Part shown: positions 17,973-27,577 of the stretch, piece after piece
Layout: every line of letters starts with the position of its first letter
Position numbering within the stretch: the stretch's first letter is position 1
From: Alphaproteobacteria bacterium
Lineage (GTDB): Bacteria > Pseudomonadota > Alphaproteobacteria > MPNO01
NCBI GenBank assembly: GCA_965248835.1
Contig: CBDFLJ010000001.1
Coordinates: 1,760,001 to 1,824,000, forward strand
Direction: 5' to 3'
Length of the DNA stretch: 64,000 nucleotides
Notes under the pieces: model-generated
What the model was told of the DNA's origin: nothing
Seen by the model: the letters and a program-made list of their open reading frames with translations, nothing else
The model's database searches: none
Program-made: the position numbers and the translations under genes

Positions 17973-18953
17973 TTATTCGCTTGCCGGCCCCCACGGGGCG
18001 GGAGCACGCGGCGGCGCGCCGCTCGGCTTGGCATTGCTGCTGCCGTCGGGGAAGGCATCGGCAATGCTGGACATGCCCTGGAAGAAGCCCCGCATGTTGG
18101 CGAGGTCGACCGGCACCACCGAGACGTCCGCCTTTTCGATAATTTCGCCCAGGGTCTCGATGAACTGCTCCACGAGCTGGGCCTTGACGGCCGCCGAGCC
18201 GCCCGGCTTGCAGTTGGCGCGCGCGATCATCTCCGTCCCCTCGGCAGTCGCCGCAGCGATCAGGGCGATCGACTGGGCGCGCCCGTTCGCTTCGTTGATC
18301 CGGCGCTGCTTTTCGCCTTCCGAGACGTTGATTTCGGCCTGACGCTCGCCTTGCGAGACGTTGATCATGGCCGCTTTGTCGGCCGAGGCGTTGGTTACCT
18401 CGGCGCGTTTTTCGCGCTCCGCTTCCATCTGTTTTTCGAGCGTCTGCACGACGTGCCGGGACGGGGTGATGTTCTTGAGCTCGTAGCGCAGGATCTTCAC
18501 GCCCCAGGGGTCGGAAGCCTTGTCGATTTCCTTGATGATGGTCTCGTTGAGCGTTTCGCGCTCCGAGAAGGTCTGCCCGAGCGACAACTTGCCGATCTCG
18601 GCCCGCATCGTGGTTTGCGCCAGATTGACCGTGGCGCGCCGGTAGTCCTCGATTCCGTAGCTGGCGCGCTCGGCATCCATCACCTTGAGGTAGACCAGCC
18701 CGTCGACGTCGACCTGGATGTTGTCGCGCGTGATACAGCTTTGACTGGGAATGTCGATGACCTGCTCGCGGATCTCGTGCCGGTAGGCGACGCGATCGAA
18801 GAACGGTATCAGGAAATGCATGCCGGGCTGCAGGACGGAGCGGAATTTTCCCAGCCGCTCGACCACGTTGGCCTCGCGCATCGGGACGATCACCACGGTT
18901 CGCCAGATGACAAGCCCGGCGATCAGCAACCCAACCGTAAAAGCGGTCAACAT
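17973..18953 (-). CDS. SPFH/band 7 (QmcA/paraslipin-like) protein
   Basis: 'VVERLGKF', 'CITRDN', 'LAQTTMRAEIG', 'KQMEAEREKRA'. Confidence 0.92.
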   Translation of the reverse strand: MLTAFTVGLLIAGLVIWRTVVIVPMREANVVERLGKFRSVLQPGMHFLIPFFDRVAYRHEIREQVIDIPSQSCITRDNIQVDVDGLVYLKVMDAERASYGIEDYRRATVNLAQTTMRAEIGKLSLGQTFSERETLNETIIKEIDKASDPWGVKILRYELKNITPSRHVVQTLEKQMEAEREKRAEVTNASADKAAMINVSQGERQAEINVSEGEKQRRINEANGRAQSIALIAAATAEGTEMIARANCKPGGSAAVKAQLVEQFIETLGEIIEKADVSVVPVDLANMRGFFQGMSSIADAFPDGSSNAKPSGAPPRAPAPWGPASE

Positions 18954-18989
18954 GTCCCCTCCCCGATCCCTTGATTCGGTCTTCAGCCC

Positions 18990-19463
18990 CTAGTCCGGCG
19001 CGCCCGGGCCATCGTCGAGCGCTTCGACGATCCACACGAGGTTGTCGCAATATACCAGCTTCGCCTGGCTGCCGGCTGCCAGCGTATGCTCGTAACAGAT
19101 CGCCGGCCAGGTCGTGCCGCGATACCGTATGCGGCCGTATTCACCCTTGTCGCCGGGTTCGCCCTTGGTGATGGTCTCGGCGACCTCGACCACCTGGCCA
19201 AAGGAGTCGACATCCTCGTCGGCCGAGCTCCACGCCTCCTCGCCCGGCATCATGCGCTGAAACAGGCCCCGCAGCACGATCAACGACACCAGCGAAACCA
19301 CGAACCACGCGGTCAGGGCGGGGATCCATCCATCGATCACGCCGAGCCAGATCAGCCCGGCGACGATCAGCGCGGCGACCCCAAGAAACACCAGAACCAT
19401 CCCGGGGACAACGATCTCGAGCAGAGCCAGGACGATGCCGCCAACGACCCAATACGTCAGCAT
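18990..19463 (-). CDS. NfeD-like (YbbJ) membrane protein
   Basis: 'LEIVVPG' TM start, OB-fold 'GRIRYRGTTW'; upstream of SPFH genes. Confidence 0.88.
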   Translation of the reverse strand: MLTYWVVGGIVLALLEIVVPGMVLVFLGVAALIVAGLIWLGVIDGWIPALTAWFVVSLVSLIVLRGLFQRMMPGEEAWSSADEDVDSFGQVVEVAETITKGEPGDKGEYGRIRYRGTTWPAICYEHTLAAGSQAKLVYCDNLVWIVEALDDGPGAPD

Positions 19464-19756
19464 CCTGGTTTTCCCATCGGCTGCTTGTTCGACATCTCCG
19501 CGTCAAGCTCCGATATCGCGCGAATCAAATCGCCATACCAAACAGGATCGGAACCGGTCGGAACCGCCGTTATCCCGCGAAGATTTCGCCAAGTCGGCGG
19601 TGATATCGGCAAGATCCCGGCGACCGGCCCCCACCGCGTGTTCCAGTTTGAATGTTAGCTCATGGCCGGGCTTTGTTCCAGTGGGCGCGCGGTCGGAGGC
19701 GTCGGTCGGGGTTGCGCGGCCGTCCGGCAGGCAAACGGCGTGCCGCATCGCCGGTG

Positions 19757-20011
19757 TCAGCGGGACGGCGCACCCACTACCCCCAAAGCCGACTTGGGCG
19801 CTGTAGCAGCGTGCACGGTGGATTTGGAGGCCTTCTGACGGCCTTCTATCCGCGCCCTCAGATTGAGCACCCCTTGGGTCTCCATCGCGCGGCCGAATGC
19901 CCTGGCGGCCGCGTTCCATTGGTTCTTGCACGCGGTCGAGCAGAAGCGCTTCGGGGAGCCGCCGCGCGTCGGAGCCTCGAACGGCTCGCCGCACCAGGGG
20001 CATTCGGTCAT
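19757..20011 (-). CDS. Small Zn-finger protein of mobile-element type
   Basis: CPWCGEPF...KRFCSTAC (CxxC / FCSxxC); lies next to an att-like site. Confidence 0.55.
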   Translation of the reverse strand: MTECPWCGEPFEAPTRGGSPKRFCSTACKNQWNAAARAFGRAMETQGVLNLRARIEGRQKASKSTVHAATAPKSALGVVGAPSR

Positions 20012-20144
20012 GCCGCGCCGATCTCCGGCGCCCGATCGTCGATGCTGGTAGTTAGACAAATCGCCCGTAAGGCATTGATTCGCCGTCGGGCGATTCAGGG
20101 GTGAAGGTGTTTAACCGTATGGGAATCATCGAGAAAATCTAAGC

Positions 20145-20189
20145 TTCCTAATCCGTAGGTCGCAGGTTCGCATCCTGCCGGCCTCGCCA
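20145..20189 (+). mobile_element. 3' half of tRNA-Arg(CCT); att-like site of an integrated element
   Basis: TTCCTAA-TCCGT-AGGTC-GCAGG TTCGCAT CCTGC-CGGCCTC-G-CCA: anticodon loop, T-arm and CCA present; 5' acceptor and D-arm absent. Confidence 0.75.
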
Positions 20190-20301
20190 CCGCCGACAAG
20201 GAACGCGCGGACACCTTCCGTCCGATCGGTTTTCTTGCCGGATGGAACCGCGAACCTGTCGCGCCCCCGATGCTGGATGAGGACACAAGCGACGCTTCCG
20301 C

Positions 20302-21183
20302 TCAGGGGCGGCCCGCGCGGTGCTCCTGCCAGACGCTATGGAAGTTGCCGATGAAGATCAGGAGCGCGCCGATCAGCACGAACGGGTTCAGCCCTTCCTT
20401 GTAGAGCAGGTAGGCAACACCGGCGGTGATCGGCAGGCGCAGGAAGTCGATGGGCCCGACGACGGTCGCATCGGCCAGCGCCAGCGCGCGGGTCATCGAA
20501 TAGTGGGCCAGCACACCCGTCACGCCGATCATCACCAGCCACGGCGCGTGCTCCCAGACCGGCGTGGTCCAGTTGAACATCGCCGCGATGCCGGAAATCG
20601 GCAACTGGACGATCTGCATGTACAAGACGATGGTGAACGCGCCCTCGGTCCGGGTGAGCGCCTTGACGATCACGTTCGAGGTGGCGAAGAAGACCGCCGA
20701 TCCGATGATCACCAGGGCTGCCGGGTCGACCGCCTCCACGCCGGGCCGCAGGATCACCATGACGCCGAGAAAGCCGAGCCCGATCGCGACCAGCCGGTTG
20801 CGCGTCAGCGCCTCGCCCAGGAAGATCGCCGCCAGCACCGCCACCCAGATCGGTGTGGTGAACTCCAGGGCGGTGACCACCGCCAGCGGCAGCAGGGTGA
20901 TGGCGTAGATCCAGGACGCCTGGCCGACGAAGTTGGCGGCGTTGCGCAAGACGTGCATGCCCAAACGGCTGGTGACCAGGACCGAGGGCCCGCGGGCCAG
21001 CGCGGTCGGCGTCAGGATGAGCAGCGAGATGGTGTTGCGGATGAACAGGATCTCGAAGACGTCGAGATCATCGGCCAGCGCGCGCACGGCGATCATCTGG
21101 GCGAGGAACGCCGCGATCGTCACGCCCATCCAGGCCGCCGCGCCGAGCGCGTCGTCGGGCCGGCCGGGGCCGACCGGGGCCAT
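20302..21183 (-). CDS. DMT/EamA family transporter
   Basis: About 10 TM segments, 'FLGEAL', 'VILRPG', 'DFLRLP'. Confidence 0.88.
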   Translation of the reverse strand: MAPVGPGRPDDALGAAAWMGVTIAAFLAQMIAVRALADDLDVFEILFIRNTISLLILTPTALARGPSVLVTSRLGMHVLRNAANFVGQASWIYAITLLPLAVVTALEFTTPIWVAVLAAIFLGEALTRNRLVAIGLGFLGVMVILRPGVEAVDPAALVIIGSAVFFATSNVIVKALTRTEGAFTIVLYMQIVQLPISGIAAMFNWTTPVWEHAPWLVMIGVTGVLAHYSMTRALALADATVVGPIDFLRLPITAGVAYLLYKEGLNPFVLIGALLIFIGNFHSVWQEHRAGRP

Positions 21184-22100
21184 TATTGCGACGCCGGCGC
21201 GAGGCGCCGCCGATCCAGCTTCGCCTCGCTCCGGGCGGTATAGGTCGTCGAACCGAAGATCACCGCGGCACCGATCCAGGTCCACTTGTCGGGCACCTCG
21301 GCGAAGATCAGCCATGCCGCAAGCGCGGTGAACGGCAACCGCAGGAAGTCCATCGGGGCGACCAGGCTCGCCTCCAGCATGTGCAGCGACCGGGTCAGGC
21401 AGTAGGGCGCGGCGGTGCCGATCACCGCCAACGCGAACAACAGCGGGATCTCCTGCCATGTCGGCCCCTGCCACAGGATGATCGTCGGAACGGCGCCGAC
21501 CACGACTATCAGCAGGTTCGAATAGAAGCCGATGGCGAGGGCGGAGTCGGTCCTGGTGAGCATCTTGATGAAGATGACCGCGCCGGCGTAGAAGACCGCC
21601 GAGCCGAGCACCAGGAAGGCCGGCAGATCGACGGCGACGATGCCCGGGCGCAGGACGACCAGGACGCCCAGGAAACCGATCCCGGTCGCGCTCCACCGCC
21701 GCCACCCGATGCCTTCGGACAGGAACAGGGCGGCCAGGATCACCGTGAACAGCGGCAGGGTGAAGTGTAGCGCCGTCGCCTCGGCCAGCGGCATCGCCAG
21801 GATCGCCTGAAACCACATGGTCATCGCGATGAAATTTGCCGCCGCGCGGGCGAAATGAAGCCTCAGCACCGCGGTTCGCAGGCTCCGGATATCGTGCCAC
21901 AGGAAATACATCCCCAGCGCGATGGCGCCGATCATCGAGCGGTGGAAGATGATCTCGATGGGCGTCATGTCGGTGGCGAGCTCGCGCACCAGGACGGGCG
22001 TCAGCGTGAACAGCATCATCGAGACGACCGCCCAGGCGATGCCGTTCAGGACGCGCCCGGGGCCATGCTGTCCCGCGCCGTCATGCTGGGTTGTCGCCAT
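21183..22100 (-). CDS. DMT/EamA family transporter
   Basis: About 10 TM segments, 'VVLRPG', 'DFLRLP'; coupled to the downstream paralog. Confidence 0.88.
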   Translation of the reverse strand: MATTQHDGAGQHGPGRVLNGIAWAVVSMMLFTLTPVLVRELATDMTPIEIIFHRSMIGAIALGMYFLWHDIRSLRTAVLRLHFARAAANFIAMTMWFQAILAMPLAEATALHFTLPLFTVILAALFLSEGIGWRRWSATGIGFLGVLVVLRPGIVAVDLPAFLVLGSAVFYAGAVIFIKMLTRTDSALAIGFYSNLLIVVVGAVPTIILWQGPTWQEIPLLFALAVIGTAAPYCLTRSLHMLEASLVAPMDFLRLPFTALAAWLIFAEVPDKWTWIGAAVIFGSTTYTARSEAKLDRRRLAPASQ

Positions 22101-22165
22101 GTGCGAACACTAGCCCATGGCCCTGCGCGTGTCGTGCGGCAACGGGCGGCGGGCCGGACCGAGCC

Positions 22166-23710
22166 TCACCGGCCGGCGCGGCGGTCCCAGTCGCGGCGCA
22201 GCACGTTGCGGTCGATCTTGCCGCGCTCGTTCTTGGGGATTTCGGCGCAGATCACGATGTCGCGCGGCCGCTTGAAGTCCGGCAGCACGGCCGCGCAATG
22301 CGCGCGCACCGAGTCCTCCCGGAGGGCGGCGCCGGGCCGGGGCGCGACATAGCTCACCACCGCCTCGCCGTAGACCGGATCGGCGGTGCCGATGCTTGCG
22401 GCCTCGACGATGTCCGGATGCAGCACCAGCGCGTTGTCGATCTCCAGCGGTGCGATGTTGACCCCGCCGCGGATGATCACGTCCTTCGCCCGCCCGGTGA
22501 CGTGCAGGTAGCCGTCCTCGTCGAGATAGCCGAGGTCCCCGGTCTTCAGCCGGCGGCCGCGGATCCGCTCCAGCCGGCCGCCGGGGTGCAGGTAGCCGTA
22601 GCCGTTCTGCGCCCCGCCGATCTCGATCTCGCCGACCGCGCCGGCGGGCAGCCCGGTGCCGTCGGGCGCAACGATTGCGAGGTTCTGATAGAGCCCGGGC
22701 GGGCCGACGCTGCCGATCCGCCGGGCGCCGGCATGATTGCCCGCGACCACGCCGCCCTCGCTCATGCCGTAGAGCTGGACCAGCTCGATGCCGTAGGTCT
22801 CCTCGAACCGGCGGTGCTGGTCGACCAGCAGCGGCGCCGTCGAGCAGCTCATGAATCGCACGCCGTCGAAGCCCCCGCCGGGCGGCGGGCCGTCGCGATC
22901 GAGCAGCATGTTCACCACCGTCGGCACGCCGATCACCACGCTGGGCCGGTGGGTGTCGATCCATTCGAAAAAACCGGACTTCGAGAACCGGCGCGTGAAC
23001 AGGACCGTCGCGCCGACAACCAGGCAGGGCATCAGCGTCAGCATGTGCGAGGACGCCCAGCTGAACGACCGGTATTCGAGCACCCGGTCCGCGGGGCCCA
23101 GCTTCCACATGTCGATGGTCTGCCGGGCGATCCAGAAATAGTTGCCGAACTCGTGGAGCACGCCCTTGGGCGCGGCCGACGTGCCGGAGGTGAAGCTGAT
23201 CACCGCGACGGTGTCGGGATCGACCGGCCCGGTGGCCACCCCGGCCGCCGCGTCCGCTGCGGGCAGCCCGCGCACGGCCTCGAACAGCGCGGTCATCGAC
23301 AGGCGCCGGAAGTCGCCGTCGGGCAGGCTCCGGGCCTCGATCGGGGTATCGAAGACCACCAGGCGCGGGCCGACGCGCGCGATCATTTCCTCGATATGGG
23401 CGGCGTTTACCTCGACATTGATCGTGCAATAGCTTGCGCCGTAGGCCAGCGTCGCGAAGTAGAGCGCGACCTGGTCGAGCGTGTTCTCGCTCAGCACCAG
23501 CACCCGGTCGCCGCGGCCGATCCCGTGATCGGCGAAGTACCGCGCGAACTGTCCGGCGAGCGTGTGCATCCCGGCGAAGCTCAGCGCGCGCCCTTCCTCG
23601 ATCGCATGCAGGAAAGTCTTGCCGGGCGCCGCTGCCGCATGCGCACGGATCAGGCAGGCGACATCGCGATAGTGCGCCCGGTCGGGCGTCTGCAACGGGG
23701 CCTGTGGCAT
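22166..23710 (-). CDS. AMP-dependent acyl-CoA synthetase/ligase
   Basis: 'FTSGTSAAPKG', 'YGMSE', 'TGDLG', 'GRAKDVIIRGG', 'PKNERGKI'. Confidence 0.92.
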   Translation of the reverse strand: MPQAPLQTPDRAHYRDVACLIRAHAAAAPGKTFLHAIEEGRALSFAGMHTLAGQFARYFADHGIGRGDRVLVLSENTLDQVALYFATLAYGASYCTINVEVNAAHIEEMIARVGPRLVVFDTPIEARSLPDGDFRRLSMTALFEAVRGLPAADAAAGVATGPVDPDTVAVISFTSGTSAAPKGVLHEFGNYFWIARQTIDMWKLGPADRVLEYRSFSWASSHMLTLMPCLVVGATVLFTRRFSKSGFFEWIDTHRPSVVIGVPTVVNMLLDRDGPPPGGGFDGVRFMSCSTAPLLVDQHRRFEETYGIELVQLYGMSEGGVVAGNHAGARRIGSVGPPGLYQNLAIVAPDGTGLPAGAVGEIEIGGAQNGYGYLHPGGRLERIRGRRLKTGDLGYLDEDGYLHVTGRAKDVIIRGGVNIAPLEIDNALVLHPDIVEAASIGTADPVYGEAVVSYVAPRPGAALREDSVRAHCAAVLPDFKRPRDIVICAEIPKNERGKIDRNVLRRDWDRRAGR

Positions 23711-23839
23711 CGATTTCGCGCCCGATGACGGTCGGCGGCCATCCTAGCACGGATGGGCAAAGCCGGCCGTATTGCCGGCCGCGCGGATTCGGGGCACGAT
23801 CGGCCGCCACACTCAGCCGCCATACTGTGGGAGGGACCG

Positions 23840-24859
23840 ATGTCGACAGCGCCAAGCGTGCGCGGGGGGGCCAACGATTTCCACGACGCGATCGAGGATG
23901 CGCATGTCGTCGCGCTGTGGGAGATGTTCCGCGGCGAGGGTGGTCCGGGGATCAAGCCCGAGCCGGCGTTTCATTGGCCGTGGCCGGTCATCGGGCCGTT
24001 GCTCGACCGGGCGGTGGCGGAAACCGACATGGACAATGCCGAACGCCGGGTGCTGTCGCTCGCCAACCCGGCCTATGGCCGCGAGGACGACTATCGCGCG
24101 ACGACCAATCTGAATGCCGGGCTGCAGATCCTGATGCCCGGCGAGAACGCGCGGCCCCACCGGCATTCCATGGATGCGCTGCGGTTCGTGATCGAAGGCG
24201 AGGGTGCGGCGACCACGGTCGACGGCAAGCGCTGCGAGATGGTGCGCGGCGACCTGATCCTGACGCCGGCCTGGACCTGGCACGAGCACGAACACAGGGG
24301 CGAGTCCCGTGTCGTCTGGCTCGACTCGCTCGACGTGCCGCTTGTCATGGGCATGGACGTGACGTTCTTCGAGCCCGGCCCGGCCGGCGATTTCCCGGAA
24401 CTGCCGGCGGACCCGGCGTTCGCCGCGGCGGGCCTGGTTCCCGCCGGGACGGTGACCACCGCCTACTCGCCGCTGTTCCGTTATCCCTGGGCGGAGGCGC
24501 GCGCGGCGCTGGCCGCCGCGCCGGCCGAAGACGACGGCTCGCGGCTGATGCGCTATGTCAACCCGGCGACCGGCGGTCCGGTCTTGTCGCGGCTGGACTG
24601 CTATCTGCTGGGGCTCGAGCGCGGCAAGCCGACCCGCCGCTACCGGACGACCAGCAACGCGGTCTGTTTCGTGGTCGAGGGCGAGGGCGAGAGCACGATC
24701 GGCGACGTCACGATCGGCTGGGGCGTCAACGACATCTTCACCCTGCCGCATTGGAGCTGGGCCTCGCATACGGCATCGAGCGAGACCGCGGCGATCTTCC
24801 AGTCGACCGACCGCGAGGTCATGAACCGGCTCGGGCTGCTGCGCGAAGAGCGGGACTAG
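23840..24859 (+). CDS. Gentisate 1,2-dioxygenase-like bicupin
   Basis: 'AERRVLSLANP', 'PHRHS', 'LTPAWTWHEH', 'LDSLDVP'. Confidence 0.88.
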   Translation: MSTAPSVRGGANDFHDAIEDAHVVALWEMFRGEGGPGIKPEPAFHWPWPVIGPLLDRAVAETDMDNAERRVLSLANPAYGREDDYRATTNLNAGLQILMPGENARPHRHSMDALRFVIEGEGAATTVDGKRCEMVRGDLILTPAWTWHEHEHRGESRVVWLDSLDVPLVMGMDVTFFEPGPAGDFPELPADPAFAAAGLVPAGTVTTAYSPLFRYPWAEARAALAAAPAEDDGSRLMRYVNPATGGPVLSRLDCYLLGLERGKPTRRYRTTSNAVCFVVEGEGESTIGDVTIGWGVNDIFTLPHWSWASHTASSETAAIFQSTDREVMNRLGLLREERD

Positions 24860-24924
24860 CGCTTTTCCGGATCACGCCATGTCGCCGCGCCGGGCGCCGG
24901 TATCCATCGGCCTGTCCGCCCGGT

Positions 24925-25230
24925 TCAGTCCCCGCTGCCCGGGACCATGTCGCGGGCGTAGGCCCGGGCGGCCTCGCTGTCGTTGTGGTTGTAGACCCCG
25001 CCGTGAAAGAACCGGCTGACCTGCGGCAGGAAATAGGGGTGGACGCCGAGCCGGGCGAGGGTGCGGATGTCGATCGCCCGGAACGCCTCCTTCTCGGGCT
25101 CGGACAGGCCGTACGCCTCCATGACGCTTTCCATGTCCTGGCGAAAGCGCTGAAACAGCGCCATGTCGCGGCGGATCTCGAAGATCATCTTGTTCGCCGG
25201 CAGCGTCCGGTCGACATCGGCAATCGGCAT
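24925..25230 (-). CDS. LigA-like small subunit of type II extradiol dioxygenase
   Basis: 101 aa, 'YGLSEPEKEAFRAIDIRTLARLGVHPYFL' LigA-like pattern. Confidence 0.65.
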   Translation of the reverse strand: MPIADVDRTLPANKMIFEIRRDMALFQRFRQDMESVMEAYGLSEPEKEAFRAIDIRTLARLGVHPYFLPQVSRFFHGGVYNHNDSEAARAYARDMVPGSGD

Positions 25231-25281
25231 ATCGGCCTCCCGTCTGGCTCCCGCCCGCAGCGGGGCTGCTGAGGACTCCTC

Positions 25282-26247
25282 TCAAACCGACAATGCGTCA
25301 GGCGTTGCGTAGTTCAGGAAACTCTCGGGCAGCGCCGCGCCCCAGTATACGCCGGTGCCGCGGGCCGCCTCGTCCCAGACCACGGTCTCGAAATCGGGTG
25401 CGAAGATGAAGAAGCCGCTGGCATAGACCTCGACCCGGTTGCCGCCCGGCTCGTAGCTGTAGATGTAGAACGCCTGGGAGTTGTTGTGCTTGGACGGGCC
25501 GGCCTCGATGAACACGCCGTTCTCCATGAACAGGTCGGCCGCGCGCAGGACGTCGGCCCGGTCATCGACCCATAGCGAGAAGTGGTGCAGCCGGCCGTGC
25601 TGGCCGGTCGTATCCACGATATAGGCGATCTCGTGATGGGTCGCCGAGGACGACATCCACGAGCCGATCTCGCGCGTGCCGTTCTCGTAGACCACCTGCT
25701 CGCGCAGCTTCAGCCCGAGCACGTCGCGGGCGAACCGGCGGTTGGCGCCGACATCCTTGCACAGGACCGCCAGGTGGTCGGTCCTGCGCACCCCGACGCC
25801 GTGGCGCGGATAGCGCATCGGCAGGTTGTTCAGCGTCGAGCGCAGGCCCTCCGGCGCGATATAGCGCTGCTCGTCGTAATAGATCTCCATCGCGTGGCCG
25901 TCCGGGTCGCGGAAGCAATAGGCGGCGCCGTGGCCGAAATCGCCGTTCGACCAGCCGGTGCCGAGGCCGGCGCGCTCGATCGCCGCAACCCGGCGGTCCA
26001 GCGCCGCCCGGCTGACCGTCCGCCAGGCGATGTGCCCGACACCGGGCTTTGCGGCCTCGGTCAGCTTGAGCGTCGTTGCGGCATAGTCGCCATAGCCGCG
26101 CAGGTAGACCGATTGGCCCTCGCTGTGAACCGCCTCCATCCCCAGGATGTCCGCGAAATACCACAGGCTCTCCTGCGGCTTGGGGGTCAGCAGCTCGACA
26201 TGGCCGAGATGGGCGATGTCCTGGATCGGCTCTTGAGCTTCAGGCAT
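25282..26247 (-). CDS. Catechol 2,3-dioxygenase (VOC extradiol dioxygenase)
   Basis: 'IAHLGHVELLTP', 'RLHHFSLW', 'GPSKH', 'YEPGGNRVE'. Confidence 0.9.
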   Translation of the reverse strand: MPEAQEPIQDIAHLGHVELLTPKPQESLWYFADILGMEAVHSEGQSVYLRGYGDYAATTLKLTEAAKPGVGHIAWRTVSRAALDRRVAAIERAGLGTGWSNGDFGHGAAYCFRDPDGHAMEIYYDEQRYIAPEGLRSTLNNLPMRYPRHGVGVRRTDHLAVLCKDVGANRRFARDVLGLKLREQVVYENGTREIGSWMSSSATHHEIAYIVDTTGQHGRLHHFSLWVDDRADVLRAADLFMENGVFIEAGPSKHNNSQAFYIYSYEPGGNRVEVYASGFFIFAPDFETVVWDEAARGTGVYWGAALPESFLNYATPDALSV

Positions 26248-26404
26248 GGTGGACGTTCCCCTCGAATCCCGTTGCCGCCGGACATCATGCCACGCAAGCC
26301 CGCGTTGATCGATGCCAATCCGCTGCACCGTGGCTCACCTGCCGCCGAGCGGCCGGCCGGCTTCGTTGGATCGGCCGCGTGGCTGCATGAATTGCGGGAT
26401 CGCC

Positions 26405-27364
26405 TCAGCGGCTGCAGGCACCGCCGCCGAGGACACAGAACCGCGCGCAGTGGGGGTGGTTGAGCTTCACCGGGCGCGAGGCCTCGCCGAGCGTCCGGCC
26501 GAGGTCGAACTGCCGGTCGTAGGGCAGCAGCGTGCAGGCGACCACGCTCGGCGCCTCGCCCTTGCGCTTGACCACCATGCGCGAGGTCGCGCACATCATC
26601 GCCCCCGGCGCGACGTCGAGCACCGACCAGCACGCCTCGGTGATCTCCGGCACGTCGGCGGTCTCGTCCATTTCGGGCAGCAGCATCAGCTTGACCGGGT
26701 CGGTGACCTCCAGCCCGATGCCCTCGCGCGCGAACAGCCGGCCGAACCCGGCGCGCAAGGCGGCCTCGTCTTCTTCCCAGCAGGTCCGCCCGGCGACATG
26801 GGCGTTGAACCGGTTTTCGATCAGCCAGTGCAGGCCTTCGAGCGCCGGGCGCCAACTCCGCGGGCCGCGCTCGGCCTCGTGCAGGTCCGGGCCGTAATGG
26901 TCGATCGACACGCGGATGGTCAGCCGGTCGCCGAACCGGTCTCTCAGCGACAGCAGCGGCGCGGCGCATTTCATCATCGGCCGCATCGCATTGGTCAGGA
27001 CCAGCACGGAGAACCCGCGCGCGAGGCAGGTCTCGATGATCGGGACGATGTCCGGGTTCATGAACGGCTCGCCGCCGGTCAGCCCGATCTCGCGGGTCGT
27101 GCCGGGCGGATCGGCTGCCGCGATCTCATCGAGATAGCCGATCACCTCCTCGCGCGTGATATAGGCCAGCCGGTCGTTCTTCGGGCTGGATTCGACATAG
27201 CAGTTGCGGCAGGTCAGGTTGCACAGCGTGCCGGTGTTGAACCACAGCGTCTCCAGCGCATCGAGTGCGACCGAGGCGCGCGGCTCGCCGCCGGCGGTCT
27301 TGTCGGGGTCGCGGAACTTCGCCGGATCCAGCATGGCCGGTCCGGCGTCGGCGAGACTCTTCAT
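26405..27364 (-). CDS. Radical SAM protein
   Basis: CNLTCRNC, 'TGGEPF', Cys-rich C-terminus (HCARFC). Confidence 0.88.
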   Translation of the reverse strand: MKSLADAGPAMLDPAKFRDPDKTAGGEPRASVALDALETLWFNTGTLCNLTCRNCYVESSPKNDRLAYITREEVIGYLDEIAAADPPGTTREIGLTGGEPFMNPDIVPIIETCLARGFSVLVLTNAMRPMMKCAAPLLSLRDRFGDRLTIRVSIDHYGPDLHEAERGPRSWRPALEGLHWLIENRFNAHVAGRTCWEEDEAALRAGFGRLFAREGIGLEVTDPVKLMLLPEMDETADVPEITEACWSVLDVAPGAMMCATSRMVVKRKGEAPSVVACTLLPYDRQFDLGRTLGEASRPVKLNHPHCARFCVLGGGACSR

Positions 27365-27577
27365 CGAAATCCAATCCTCGGCCCCGGGCCCGGAACCTGT
27401 TCCGTGCCGGTATAGCCGAGCGCTCGCGCCCACGGTAGCCAAACATTTCGTGAGCGAAAACGACACCGCAACATCCCTGCTGCACTGGCGCGCCAAACCG
27501 CCGGGTGTACAATCCGGAAACGGGAACGCGTGTAGCTTAAGCATGATCGGACCCACTCGCAGAGGAGGACATGCGCG

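Noticed and set aside
19503-20003. 166-aa minus-strand ORF as an integrase remnant
   Set aside because: No tyrosine- or serine-recombinase motifs recognisable.
20115-20189. Complete tRNA gene
   Set aside because: No 5' acceptor strand, D-arm or 5' anticodon stem; only the 3' half is present.
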